Source: Methanothrix sp. (GTDB lineage: Archaea > Halobacteriota > Methanosarcinia > Methanotrichales > Methanotrichaceae). From it: 64,000 nucleotides of DNA. The DNA lies in NCBI GenBank assembly GCA_963682135.1, contig OY821645.1, forward strand, positions 416,001 through 480,000, in the 5' to 3' direction. Shown here in pieces: positions 8,199 to 17,869 of the stretch (within the stretch, counting starts at the first letter, position 1; each line of letters starts with the position of its first letter). Made by a program: the position numbers and the translations under genes. The notes under the pieces were generated by a model. That model saw only the letters and a program-made list of their open reading frames with translations, was not told the DNA's origin and ran no database searches.

Positions 8199-11126
8199 AT
8201 GGAGATCAGAACAATCTGGTTTGTAGCCACAGCAGCGATGTTTGCTCTGCTTTTGGTGTTGGTTTCGAACGCCGTTGCCCAGGAGCCGGTGGAAGCGGCC
8301 TTTGTGCGGGGTCATATCAGCGACGGCAGTGGGATCTGGCGGGCGAATGACTTCGGTTGGTTCTTCTACGATGTGGACAAGGATCAGGGCGGCGAGGAGC
8401 TTCGCGTCGATCTGCAGGGAAGGACGGCAGAGCAAGAGCATATTGTCTACTCCTCAAAGACATGGTCGCAGCAGTTTGAGTATAAACCGTGGGGCAGTTT
8501 CCAAGCTGTGGCGTTTATGGGCAGGCCATACCTGGCCGGCTATCCCAAAAGTTCTTTTACGGACGATATCAGCTCTCTAAATAAAGGAGATCTAAGGGCG
8601 GTGCTCATAGATGATGACAGCACACAGACTCTGAACAATAAAAAGGCCATCCCACTCCAGCAGGGGTATGTTCTGGCGGCTGCTGAGATCTCTGAAAAAA
8701 ATGGGGCCGTGAATTTTGTTCTGCTAAAAAATGGAAAACCCGTTTACGCCTCGGTGGTGAGCATTGGTGAGAACTTAATCTATAAAGTAAATGATTTGCC
8801 GGTGATCCTGGTACATCTCGTCAGTGCCATGAGCGGAGGAAATGGAGAAGGATTTGCCGAGGTGGACGGCATCTTTCAAATCAGCGATGTCCCCTATATC
8901 AAGCTCTTTGAAGGCGGCCTGCTCGGTAATATGAAGTTGACGGACATCTCTGTGGATGGCATTGAGCTTAAAAATAATGTCACTCTTTCATTAATCAGAG
9001 ACTCTGAGATACCTCTGACCCCCGACCTGAAAATGATCGTTCTAGATCAACCCGATCTTGTCTACTATCCTGTTGGAGCTTTCTTTGATTACGGTGTGCA
9101 TGAGATACGCGGGCCGGTTTATAGCGCCAGCTCATCCATTCCTGTCCGCATGGGTGACTACAATTCTTCTGTCATTGCCAGATGGAACTCCCTTAATTAC
9201 AGCGGATTTTACTTCGATCAGAAGCAATCTCTGGGTGCAGAGACTCTTGTCTTTTATAACGTCAATGGCAGAAGGTTGGAGCCACCGAGAAATCCCTTAA
9301 TTAATCAGGAAAATATGACTGTAGTGCAGAGTGGTTTTCAATATACTACTCTGCTACAGGCTAAAGAATTTGAGTATAAACCATGGGGGTACTATTTTAT
9401 CATGAGCTTCCTTGGCGCTCCCTGGTTTGCAGGATACGATTCAAGCATTCAAGGTAAAACGCCATCTAAGAGCCTTCTGGAGAATGAAGATCTAGGTAGG
9501 GTTCTACTGGACGTAGAGCTACAGGGCAAAATACTTGCAGGAAATTACTCACTTGAAGACGGCTATCAGATGCGTATCATGGATGTTGGCAATGACAGCC
9601 TGTTCCTCCAGCTTCTAAAAGAAGGAATTCTAGTAGATAGTTCCGTGGTCAAGTCCAATACAACATATGTCTACAAGAGAGATCTGGATAACATCAATGA
9701 CATGCCTATTATTATGATGCATTTCGGCAATGTCTTTAACAATGGCACGCACAGTTTTGCTATCCTGGATGGCATATTCCAGATCTCAGATCGGTATATT
9801 TTTCCGATTGATCCAGGAACCGGTTTTGGCGAATTGGAGATTGTCAGAGTTCAGCCCGATCAGATGATATTGGTCAATCCGGATAGTGTCAGCCTCAATA
9901 AAGACTCAGATGTAAACATAGGGCCGGGTATGGATGTTCGTGTTGCCGACAATGACACTCTGCGATATTATCTCCACACATCAATTTACGTTGTACCTCC
10001 GCCCGAACCGCCTCAAGTCAATGCTCAGGATAATGTATCATCCAATGCAACAGAAAACTTCAGCATTCTGGTCAATGCAGCGGAGATTCGACAGGTCATG
10101 GTCAGCATCCTCGATTCAAGCAATAAGACCGTTTTCACCGGGGATATCACAAAGCTTGGTCAGGGGTCGGGCGACTTGTGGCGCTTTGGCTGGCAATGGA
10201 ATGCTACGACGATGATGCTCAGTGATGATAAGAGCTCGATCCTGGATGCCAGCGGCAACGGCGTGCCTGCATTGCTCTACCTGAATAAATCCACATCACC
10301 CAGACAGGTCGGAGTTGAATTCAATTCGGAGGGACGAATTGGTGCAATAACGGATGGGGTGTCCATATATTATGTATCCCGTGGCGAATACAAACGACTC
10401 AACACTTCGATTGATTACGATGCCATGCTGGCCAACGAGACTATTCGAAAACAGTATCTCAAGATTGAGCCTGGAATGAGCATTCTGCAGTTTGCCGATG
10501 TCATCAATGGCAAATTGGTTCCTAGCAACGTCAACCACACCCTGCAGGGCAATCTTGAGGCTTTGGAGCCGCATATCGTTACGGTCGGGGCCGGACCAGG
10601 CAGATACGAACTGCGCATGAGGGTAGAAAATGCAGTTAATGCCATTCAGACATTCGGACAGTTCTTCAATGTCACTCCTGCCGAGATTCGTGGCGTATCC
10701 CTTGGCAATGCAGAGTCATTTGTCGGGGGAGAGGCCACAATTGCTCTTCTCGCTCCGAAATCCGATAGTGAGAAGACTGTTAACATCTCTTATGATGCCG
10801 CCAGGCTGAAGCCCACGAGCATTTCCGGACAATGCAATGCCTCCTGGCAGGTTGACGCGAAGAAGGAAAGGATTGGGGTTCTCCTCCCGGCAGGATGCAA
10901 CGCTGCCAATCTCACCTTTGCGGTGAGCAGCAAAGTCCAGGCAAATGATACAATCGATCTGAATGTGACAGGCACGAGCGGCTTTAAGTCCGAGACTATC
11001 ACCAACGGCACCATAACCATCGCTGCCAGCGATAATGGGGCAAAGAAGAGTCCCGGCCCGGGCATCCTGGCCGGACTGGTGGCCCTGGCGGCAGGAGCAG
11101 GCGCCTATTTCCGGCGCAGGAGATAG
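8199..11126 (+). CDS. S-layer family protein with duplicated S-layer domain, C-terminal cohesin-like region and PGF-CTERM-like anchor
   Basis: Signal peptide; two homologous repeats (W..F..F.D..G.E.L, FEYKPWG, DGIFQISD, each twice); C-terminus KKSPGPG + hydrophobic helix + RRRR. Confidence 0.85.
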   Translation: MEIRTIWFVATAAMFALLLVLVSNAVAQEPVEAAFVRGHISDGSGIWRANDFGWFFYDVDKDQGGEELRVDLQGRTAEQEHIVYSSKTWSQQFEYKPWGSFQAVAFMGRPYLAGYPKSSFTDDISSLNKGDLRAVLIDDDSTQTLNNKKAIPLQQGYVLAAAEISEKNGAVNFVLLKNGKPVYASVVSIGENLIYKVNDLPVILVHLVSAMSGGNGEGFAEVDGIFQISDVPYIKLFEGGLLGNMKLTDISVDGIELKNNVTLSLIRDSEIPLTPDLKMIVLDQPDLVYYPVGAFFDYGVHEIRGPVYSASSSIPVRMGDYNSSVIARWNSLNYSGFYFDQKQSLGAETLVFYNVNGRRLEPPRNPLINQENMTVVQSGFQYTTLLQAKEFEYKPWGYYFIMSFLGAPWFAGYDSSIQGKTPSKSLLENEDLGRVLLDVELQGKILAGNYSLEDGYQMRIMDVGNDSLFLQLLKEGILVDSSVVKSNTTYVYKRDLDNINDMPIIMMHFGNVFNNGTHSFAILDGIFQISDRYIFPIDPGTGFGELEIVRVQPDQMILVNPDSVSLNKDSDVNIGPGMDVRVADNDTLRYYLHTSIYVVPPPEPPQVNAQDNVSSNATENFSILVNAAEIRQVMVSILDSSNKTVFTGDITKLGQGSGDLWRFGWQWNATTMMLSDDKSSILDASGNGVPALLYLNKSTSPRQVGVEFNSEGRIGAITDGVSIYYVSRGEYKRLNTSIDYDAMLANETIRKQYLKIEPGMSILQFADVINGKLVPSNVNHTLQGNLEALEPHIVTVGAGPGRYELRMRVENAVNAIQTFGQFFNVTPAEIRGVSLGNAESFVGGEATIALLAPKSDSEKTVNISYDAARLKPTSISGQCNASWQVDAKKERIGVLLPAGCNAANLTFAVSSKVQANDTIDLNVTGTSGFKSETITNGTITIAASDNGAKKSPGPGILAGLVALAAGAGAYFRRRR

Positions 11127-11296
11127 TCTCCATTCTGCCGCAAGAGAGAGATGCCATGCAAAACAGTCAGCGGCCTTGGCCGGCCGCGGCCCGGAGCGGC
11201 GCTCAAATCATCTCGCCGGAGGCCCCGCTGGGCCGACTCGCGGAATCCCCATATAATTACGAATAATATTATAATAATCAATAGCCTTCGGCAGCC

Positions 11297-11818
11297 TCAA
11301 TGATCCTGCGCCGCTTTTTTTATCGCCCTTCCCAGTGCAGTGCTCATGGCCTCAATCTTGCTCCGATCATCGCCTCCTTCAGCGGATATGAACAGGTTGA
11401 ACCGGCCATTGTAGGCTAGGGCGCGCAGGAAGTGGCTGAAGTTCTCCAGGGACATGCCGCCCAGGGCCTGGGATTGCAAAGCGAAATTGCCCCGATAGCC
11501 AGGCTCGCCGAAGCGCACGGCGGCTGTTGCCAATGCCAGGCCGGAGGGAACTGTTGAGCTTCCGATGCCGCTCTTGATCTCCTGGGCGAGGGCGCTTCCA
11601 AAGGTGATGGCTGTGTCTTCCGTAGTGTGGTGGTCGCCTGTTTCCAGATCGCCCCTGGCCTTGACGGTCAGATCAAATCCTGCGCCTCTGGCCATGGCTG
11701 AGAGGATCTCATCCAGGAGCGGTATTCCCGTATCGATTTGGATGGTGCCCGCGCCCTCTGTGTCCAGGAAGACTTCGATGCAGGTCTCTTTTGTCTGCCT
11801 TTTCTTGGATGCCGACAT
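11297..11818 (-). CDS. hisB: Imidazoleglycerol-phosphate dehydratase-like protein (divergent HisB paralog)
   Basis: RQTKETCI, IDTGI and GDLETGDHHTTED are present. The second NxHHxxE motif reads DDRSKIE and DHML reads DEIL. Confidence 0.65.
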   Translation of the reverse strand: MSASKKRQTKETCIEVFLDTEGAGTIQIDTGIPLLDEILSAMARGAGFDLTVKARGDLETGDHHTTEDTAITFGSALAQEIKSGIGSSTVPSGLALATAAVRFGEPGYRGNFALQSQALGGMSLENFSHFLRALAYNGRFNLFISAEGGDDRSKIEAMSTALGRAIKKAAQDH

Positions 11819-12031
11819 GGATGGCCATTTACTTGTGTATCATTCTTAAGCTGATCGATCTATTCTCGTAAAATTCACAATCTATTTCGCTAGACGGCTG
11901 GTTACCTGGACTCAACTAGCTCTTCAAGGCCAGCCTAGGGAGAATATATCGTCATCACTTTTAGCTGATATAAAAGGATCATAACATGATATGCGAAAAG
12001 GCTATAAATTGATAACACCACACGAGATATT

Positions 12032-12766
12032 ATGAATGAACCAGAAGTAAAAAAGTTCTTTTGTGGTATCTTGCTGGTTATATTGTTTTTTATTTTTTCC
12101 AGCACAAATATACTGGCCCAGAATGATTTGAATACAAAAAATGCAACTGCAGTTGATGAAGCTGCAGAATCGACCAGCTTCATGTTTGTCCAAAATGCCC
12201 AATCTGGCAGCCTGGTCCCGATCGCGGGAGAAGAAAACCTTTACAATCTGACTCTAACAGGTGTTGCTCCCCAAACCATAGCATTTTCGGACAGGCCGGA
12301 GAGGATCGTGGTCCAGGTGGAGATGCAGAGATTCCTGGATGGTTCCTGCATTTCGTCTAATGATCCGCCAAATGCCGCCGTTGAGATTCTAGATGCTGAT
12401 GAGAAAGAGGATGTGGCTGTTGTCGAGCTGTTCGATCCCAAATACGACCGTATAAACCATACTCTTCATTACAATGTCAGCTTCCTCAAGGAGCCAAACC
12501 TCAGCTATGCCGAATTCAATGAGCGGCATGATAGCGCTCTGCCTGAGACATTTGGAGCAGTATCTCTGTTTATCGACAGTTGCCCCCCTGGCAACGTATG
12601 TTGCTTTGCAAAAGGTGAGGACGTATTATGTGCCCGCCTCAATAGTGTGCCATTCTGCTGGAGTTGGGCGGAGGGTTGCCATGCATGCAGGGACCAGACT
12701 CAACCCTGTTCGAAAGCGTGCGGCGGAAAACAGATTGTCGAATGGGATGATCACTGCGACGCTTAG
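12032..12766 (+). CDS. Secreted hypothetical protein with a 10-Cys C-terminal domain
   Basis: N-terminal signal peptide; FVQNA, FSDRPER, PPNAA and LFID motifs; 10 Cys in the last ~62 aa. Confidence 0.75.
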   Translation: MNEPEVKKFFCGILLVILFFIFSSTNILAQNDLNTKNATAVDEAAESTSFMFVQNAQSGSLVPIAGEENLYNLTLTGVAPQTIAFSDRPERIVVQVEMQRFLDGSCISSNDPPNAAVEILDADEKEDVAVVELFDPKYDRINHTLHYNVSFLKEPNLSYAEFNERHDSALPETFGAVSLFIDSCPPGNVCCFAKGEDVLCARLNSVPFCWSWAEGCHACRDQTQPCSKACGGKQIVEWDDHCDA

Positions 12767-12780
12767 ATCATTTCATCAAA

Positions 12781-12980
12781 GTCAAACTTGCCGAAGTAGC
12801 TGAGGTTCCGGGAATCCGCTCGCCCGAACCTCAGGTTGGGGCATTCGGCGGGCGGAAACCTCTTTTCGGTAAAGTCGGTCATCTCTGTAGAGCTGCTTAT
12901 TCCCGTGACCAGGCCCTGTAGCACGAGAGCAGGAATCTTGGCGGTGATTTGCCGTCGATGCAGCCGATTTCCAGGATATT
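12781..12980 (-). pseudogene. Class I SAM-dependent methyltransferase relic (copy 1)
   Basis: Minus strand reads NILEIGCIDGK/(frameshift)ITAKIPALVLQGLVTGISSSTEMTDFTEKRFPPAECPNLRFGRADSRNLSYFGKFD; homologous to 17870-18070. Confidence 0.75.
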
Positions 12981-13089
12981 GCTGATTTTGATTATGCATT
13001 CTTGGGCCTTTAAGAGTAGCCAGTGGCTTACAGGTCTCAGGCCTTTTCCTCAAAATATCTAAATAGAGCTAATCATCACTATTATTACT

Positions 13090-14166
13090 ATGAGTTCCAC
13101 CCCTCGACCCTGCACCCCTGAGCAGCCCATGTTCTGCAAGAAAGAAGAGCTGTCCAGGCTATACAGGCAGAACAAGAGCATCCTTCCTGCAGAAAACCTG
13201 ATCAACTCCCCCCAGATGGAGATCATAGACGGCAGCAACTGGTCCTTCGATCCCAAAACCCAGACCATCTGGAACAACCGCTACTGGAAGGGCTTTTATC
13301 CTGCCGATTATGACTTTGCCAACCTGGTCCTGATGTACGGCCTTGGCTTCTTTAAAAGATTCTGGCCGGAAATCGGTCCTTCAAAAGAAAAAAAGATACT
13401 GGGCGAAACTCACCCATTCCTCTCAGACATCCATGCTTATAACCAGGCCATCGATGCAGAGCTTCCCGAAACAGGAAAGGCGGTATACATCAAATATCGC
13501 GACTTTCCCTTTAACAACTTCGACGACGTAATCAAGATCATAGATAAAGATACAGTCATAGGAGAGGCATTTGTCTCCCTGAGAAAACCGGGAAAAGGGC
13601 TGCCCATATTTCGCTTTGTACTCTCGCGGCGCTATTCCCTGGACTATATGACCCAGGCGGACTGTATCTTCATCTTCCATCACAAAGCGGCCCAGCCAAA
13701 GCCAGAGGAGATCTTGGGCGACTGGGATCTGCAGCTCGTCTCAGACGCCGCACTCTCTCCACCCATTCTTCGGTTCAGATTTTTGCAGGGAGGTGTTGCC
13801 GGCGGCCGCACCGTCATCAGCACATCAGGCGACCCGAAAGCCAGCGCAGGCAAAACCAGCCCCTGTCCCGGCCTCATAGCCGAATTCATCATGGGCGGAA
13901 AGTTGAGCCATGCCGGCAACTCCACTTCATTTGGCGAGGGCGCTCTGATGAGCCTTGATCTGCCGGCCCAGGTCGCCAAAAATGCCATCCGCAAGATAAG
14001 CGATGACCTGCTGGTGGGTCTGATTGATCACCCCGGCCACCTCATCTTCCAGGCCCTTCAGGATTTCAAGGGATTCATCATGGCCGGACCCGGCCAGACC
14101 GGCAAGAAAGAAAAGAGTGAATTTAATCTGCCCTATCTTCTCAGGCGAGTATTCCCTAAAAAATGA
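13090..14166 (+). CDS. Hypothetical protein
   Basis: 358-aa ORF with host-like codon usage; 3 nt from the next gene, so probably an operon. Confidence 0.7.
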   Translation: MSSTPRPCTPEQPMFCKKEELSRLYRQNKSILPAENLINSPQMEIIDGSNWSFDPKTQTIWNNRYWKGFYPADYDFANLVLMYGLGFFKRFWPEIGPSKEKKILGETHPFLSDIHAYNQAIDAELPETGKAVYIKYRDFPFNNFDDVIKIIDKDTVIGEAFVSLRKPGKGLPIFRFVLSRRYSLDYMTQADCIFIFHHKAAQPKPEEILGDWDLQLVSDAALSPPILRFRFLQGGVAGGRTVISTSGDPKASAGKTSPCPGLIAEFIMGGKLSHAGNSTSFGEGALMSLDLPAQVAKNAIRKISDDLLVGLIDHPGHLIFQALQDFKGFIMAGPGQTGKKEKSEFNLPYLLRRVFPKK

Positions 14167-14169
14167 GGC

Positions 14170-16473
14170 ATGAAAATGAGCTTTTTCATAGATCCGCCGC
14201 TTCTTGTCCTATCAGGAATGGCCATATTCCTCCTGGGAAAGGAGCTTAATTGGAACAGACATGCAAAAATAGTGGTAGGTCTTTTCATCGTCCTGGTATT
14301 CGTCGCCTTCAGCTCCCTCCTGTATGCAGACTTTGTGCGCTTCACCATACCCTTCTTTGCAAATCAAACAGGATCGGCTTTCATGTTCCACACCGATATA
14401 ACGCACATCCACAAAGACCAGATTCCAAAAATAGCAGTATTCTTCCTCTTCCTTCTCTACCCGGTCTGGATATTCGCCGGTTATGCCGCTGCCCTGCTCT
14501 GGGATAAGAGAAAATTTGCCCCGGAAGAGGGCAAATCCTATTCTTATGCTGATGTTAAAAGCAGAAGCCGCAGAACAGTCAGAACTGAGCAGCTAGATTT
14601 GCATACCGCTGTAGAGCGGGGAAATGATACACGTAAATGCGTCAGGGAGGCCGTAAAGAAACTTGGAGGCATGGGCAAATTTGTGCATAAGGGCGACAGA
14701 GTCCTGGTCAAGGTCAATATCTGCGGAGGACTGCCTGAGAGGAAAGGAACATTCACCAGCCTGGAGGTTGCAGACGAGCTATATAAGATGATCCGGGTGG
14801 CTGAAGGAGTGCCAACCTTCGCCGATGCCGATATGGTCTGGATCAAGTTCCAGCAGGCAGCCAGAGACTCAGGTTATATCAAATGGGCAGAGGAGAACGG
14901 TGTCAGACTGATCAACCTATCCGAAACCAAAGTCGTCAACTTCGATTTCGGAGAGCAAAGCGCTCTTCAAACTGAAAAAGTCTCTCTGGAGGCAATACAG
15001 GCAGATGTGATCATATCCGTCCCGGCCATGAAGACTCACCTTCTCACCGGCGTAACCCTGGCCATGAAGAACATGTATGGCACCTTTCCGGATATCGACA
15101 AGGCCAAGTTTCACAAAACGGGCATTGAAGACGTCATATTTGAGATCAACTCCGCCTTTACCCCTAACCTGGTCATAATAGATGGGAGCATGGGTGGCGA
15201 GGCCATAGGGCCACTGTCCGCCGACCCGGTCTATTATGAGACCATCATCGCCTCGGATGATGTAGTCGAGGCGGATTCAATTGCCTGCCAGATGATGGGC
15301 TACCCTCCCCTGGAGATAATCCATATCAGAAAAGCCTATGAAGCAGGCCTCGGGGATGCGTCAGCCCAGTTCAACTTCGATAACCTGGCATATCCCCACG
15401 CTAAAGACAGGATGTGGGACCGGCCCAAAATCGAAGTAACAGAGTTTTACGAATGGGCCATTGAGGTTGTTTTAATGTTTCCCGGCTGGGATACTCTCTT
15501 CAACATAGGTGCAGACTTCCTGCTCTATGATCTGTCTCACCTGCCGGTCTTCAGCCGCCTCATGCCTGCGGTCCTGTCGCTTCTTCAGAATGGAATCTAT
15601 CCTGTCTTGAAGGAAAATAAGAGAACAGGTATGGATGTCGCCCGCCAGGTGATCAATGTCAACCTGATGGTGCTTGTGGCTCTGGGCTGCGCCATCGGCT
15701 ATTACCTGGACGGCTATATCGCCCATTCATCGCTCATATACGAACTCGGCATGCTCCTTGGAATATTTATGGGATTTTTTGCTGCTGTCAGGATGAAGAC
15801 CATTCACTTTGTGGCATTGCTGGCCATATCCGGACTTGCAGGCATCGCAGTCGAATTTATAAACACCCATTCCAGTCCCAATCTTTCCGTCGCGGCAAAT
15901 GTGCTCGCCTACAATTACGGCGACAGCATAATCCGTGGCAGCACGTTAAGCCTTGAGGCTTCCTTTATCTATATCGCATGCGGATGGATGGTGATGATGC
16001 TCTCCATCCTCCAGGTCTCCGACCTGCTCACCGGATGGATCACAAATCTAGGCATATTTGCCAGGCTGCAAAGCTGGAAGGTCGCCCCCCTGGCCGCTAT
16101 CCTGGTGGTATTCAGTCTCTTCTTCGTTTGGGAGGGCTACTACGGCTTGGCCTACAGGAGCAAATACGATGGGATTGAGGGCATTGTTTTGATCATGTAC
16201 GCCATCATGGCAGTTTTGGGCATGATCTACTCCTCCAGGCATTCTATTGAATGGAACGCCACTCTCCTGATTGTAGCCCTTTTCATTGGAGGCTACATGG
16301 AGCTCACAGGCTCACTGGCTGGCCTGTGGACCTATCCATTCCATGAGAAGCTGGCAATCTTCTTCGCACTGACCTGGCCTCTCAACACCATGGCAGTCCA
16401 TGGCGCAGCCTATCTGCTGGGGATAGACCTGGGAGCACATGAGAGGAGGAGCCTGCTGAAGAATCTAAAATGA
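14170..16473 (+). CDS. DUF362-domain protein with N- and C-terminal transmembrane segments
   Basis: GDRVLVKVNI, PAMKTH, TLAMKNMYG and IIDG motifs of DUF362; ~3 N-terminal and ~8 C-terminal hydrophobic helices. Confidence 0.8.
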   Translation: MKMSFFIDPPLLVLSGMAIFLLGKELNWNRHAKIVVGLFIVLVFVAFSSLLYADFVRFTIPFFANQTGSAFMFHTDITHIHKDQIPKIAVFFLFLLYPVWIFAGYAAALLWDKRKFAPEEGKSYSYADVKSRSRRTVRTEQLDLHTAVERGNDTRKCVREAVKKLGGMGKFVHKGDRVLVKVNICGGLPERKGTFTSLEVADELYKMIRVAEGVPTFADADMVWIKFQQAARDSGYIKWAEENGVRLINLSETKVVNFDFGEQSALQTEKVSLEAIQADVIISVPAMKTHLLTGVTLAMKNMYGTFPDIDKAKFHKTGIEDVIFEINSAFTPNLVIIDGSMGGEAIGPLSADPVYYETIIASDDVVEADSIACQMMGYPPLEIIHIRKAYEAGLGDASAQFNFDNLAYPHAKDRMWDRPKIEVTEFYEWAIEVVLMFPGWDTLFNIGADFLLYDLSHLPVFSRLMPAVLSLLQNGIYPVLKENKRTGMDVARQVINVNLMVLVALGCAIGYYLDGYIAHSSLIYELGMLLGIFMGFFAAVRMKTIHFVALLAISGLAGIAVEFINTHSSPNLSVAANVLAYNYGDSIIRGSTLSLEASFIYIACGWMVMMLSILQVSDLLTGWITNLGIFARLQSWKVAPLAAILVVFSLFFVWEGYYGLAYRSKYDGIEGIVLIMYAIMAVLGMIYSSRHSIEWNATLLIVALFIGGYMELTGSLAGLWTYPFHEKLAIFFALTWPLNTMAVHGAAYLLGIDLGAHERRSLLKNLK

Positions 16474-16479
16474 AACGGC

Positions 16480-16611
16480 GATGCCCTGGGTGCCCCGCCG
16501 CCTCTGCATTGGATGAGCATCCTGCAGCCGGGCTTGAGGTTGCGCTCGATGCCCTTGAGAACAGCCAGGTGATCTTTGACAGAGTAGCAGGCAGTCGAAG
16601 GATACTAATAC
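16480..16611 (-). pseudogene. 3' part of the methyltransferase relic interrupted by IS630
   Basis: Minus strand reads VSFDC/(frameshift)VKDHLAVLKGIERNLKPGCRMLIQCRG, the natural continuation of ...GEFDIVV on the other side of the IS. Confidence 0.7.
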
Positions 16612-17869
16612 TACTGTTTAGCTTCCAAAATAACATAGCAATATATTAATACTTGGAACTCAATCAGAGATCATGCCATTTGTGAGTAAGCGGCCTGCTC
16701 TGCAATTAACTGAAGAAGAGCTTGAGTGCCTTAATAAAGCTAGCAAGTCAAGAACGCTCCCTGAAAGAGCAGTAGATCATTCCAAAATCCTTCTTGAGTA
16801 TTATGAGGGCAAATCAATTTCGCAAATTGCACGAGACTTAGAAACCAATCGGCCTAAAATTGAGCGTACGATTGACAAAGCCTTCGCCTATGGAATATAT
16901 GCAGCATTGGAAGATCTTCCAAGAAGTGGCAGACCACGAAAAATATCCTCAGGCGCAAGAACATGGATTCTGTCTCTTGCTTGCTCAAAACCACTAGACC
17001 TTGGATATTCATATGAATTATGGACACAAAGTTTATTAGCAGAACATATTCGGAACCATTGTTTAAATAATGGGTTTCCAGAATTATCAAAGTTATCTCG
17101 CGGAACCGTCTCAAAAATACTTGGCGCTAGCAACGTAAAGCCTCATAAAATTTCATCATACCTTGCTCCAATCGATCCGGAATTTGAGCCGAAGAGCGTG
17201 GTTGTACTACATACCTACAAGCAGGTAGAATTGCTTCAACAGATGTCCAAAGAAAATAAGCCGCTCGACATGGTTATCATTTCATACGATGAGAAGCCAG
17301 GAATTCAAGCTATTGAAAATAAATATCCCGATTTAATGCCTGAGTCAGGTGAATATGCCACGCTTTCTCGCGACTATGAATATATAAGGCACGGAACAAT
17401 ATCCCTACTTGCAGGGATTGATCTCTTAACCGGGACTGTCCATTATAAGATATTCGACAGGCATAGAAGTAGGGAGTTCATTGAATTCTTAAAATGCGTC
17501 GATTCAGCCTATCTGAAAGATATAAAAATAATTATTATTCTTGATAATGTTCGCGTACACACATCTAAGGAAACCAGGAGATATCTCAAAACAGTTCCGC
17601 AACGCTTTCATTTTGTCTTTACACCAAAACATGCCTCATGGCTAAACATAATCGAGAGCCTATTCAGCAAAATGACTCGAAGCATGCTGAGAGGGATTCG
17701 TGTATCATCCAAAAAAGAGTTGAAAGATCGCATGAGTCAATATATAGACGACATGAATGAAACTCCAACAATATTTAAATGGAAGTACAAAATGGATAAA
17801 ATGGCTGGCGGGATTGTTGCTGACAAGGACGGCGGAGTATTGATATGTTAATTTAGAACTGTAATACTA
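16612..17869 (+). mobile_element. IS630-family insertion sequence
   Basis: Imperfect terminal inverted repeats, 23/32 match counting the terminal TA (TACTGTTTAGCTTCCAAAATAACATAGCAATA vs reverse complement TAGTATTACAGTTCTAAATTAACATATCAATA); TA at both ends; encloses the transposase. Confidence 0.85.
16673..17851 (+). CDS. IS630 family DDE transposase
   Basis: DLPRSGRPRKI, SYDEKPGIQ, YIRHGT, ILDN and PKHASWLNIIE motifs; single uninterrupted ORF. Confidence 0.95.
   Translation: MPFVSKRPALQLTEEELECLNKASKSRTLPERAVDHSKILLEYYEGKSISQIARDLETNRPKIERTIDKAFAYGIYAALEDLPRSGRPRKISSGARTWILSLACSKPLDLGYSYELWTQSLLAEHIRNHCLNNGFPELSKLSRGTVSKILGASNVKPHKISSYLAPIDPEFEPKSVVVLHTYKQVELLQQMSKENKPLDMVIISYDEKPGIQAIENKYPDLMPESGEYATLSRDYEYIRHGTISLLAGIDLLTGTVHYKIFDRHRSREFIEFLKCVDSAYLKDIKIIIILDNVRVHTSKETRRYLKTVPQRFHFVFTPKHASWLNIIESLFSKMTRSMLRGIRVSSKKELKDRMSQYIDDMNETPTIFKWKYKMDKMAGGIVADKDGGVLIC

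Noticed and set aside
11130-11250. GC-rich intergenic stretch as another copy of the REP-like repeat or a tRNA
   Set aside because: Lacks the conserved core and has no cloverleaf or T-loop motif
12650-12720. c-type heme motif in the Cys-rich protein
   Set aside because: The sequence is CHAC followed by R, not CxxCH
12763-13053. 96-aa ORF as a real gene
   Set aside because: It is a frameshifted methyltransferase relic read partly out of frame
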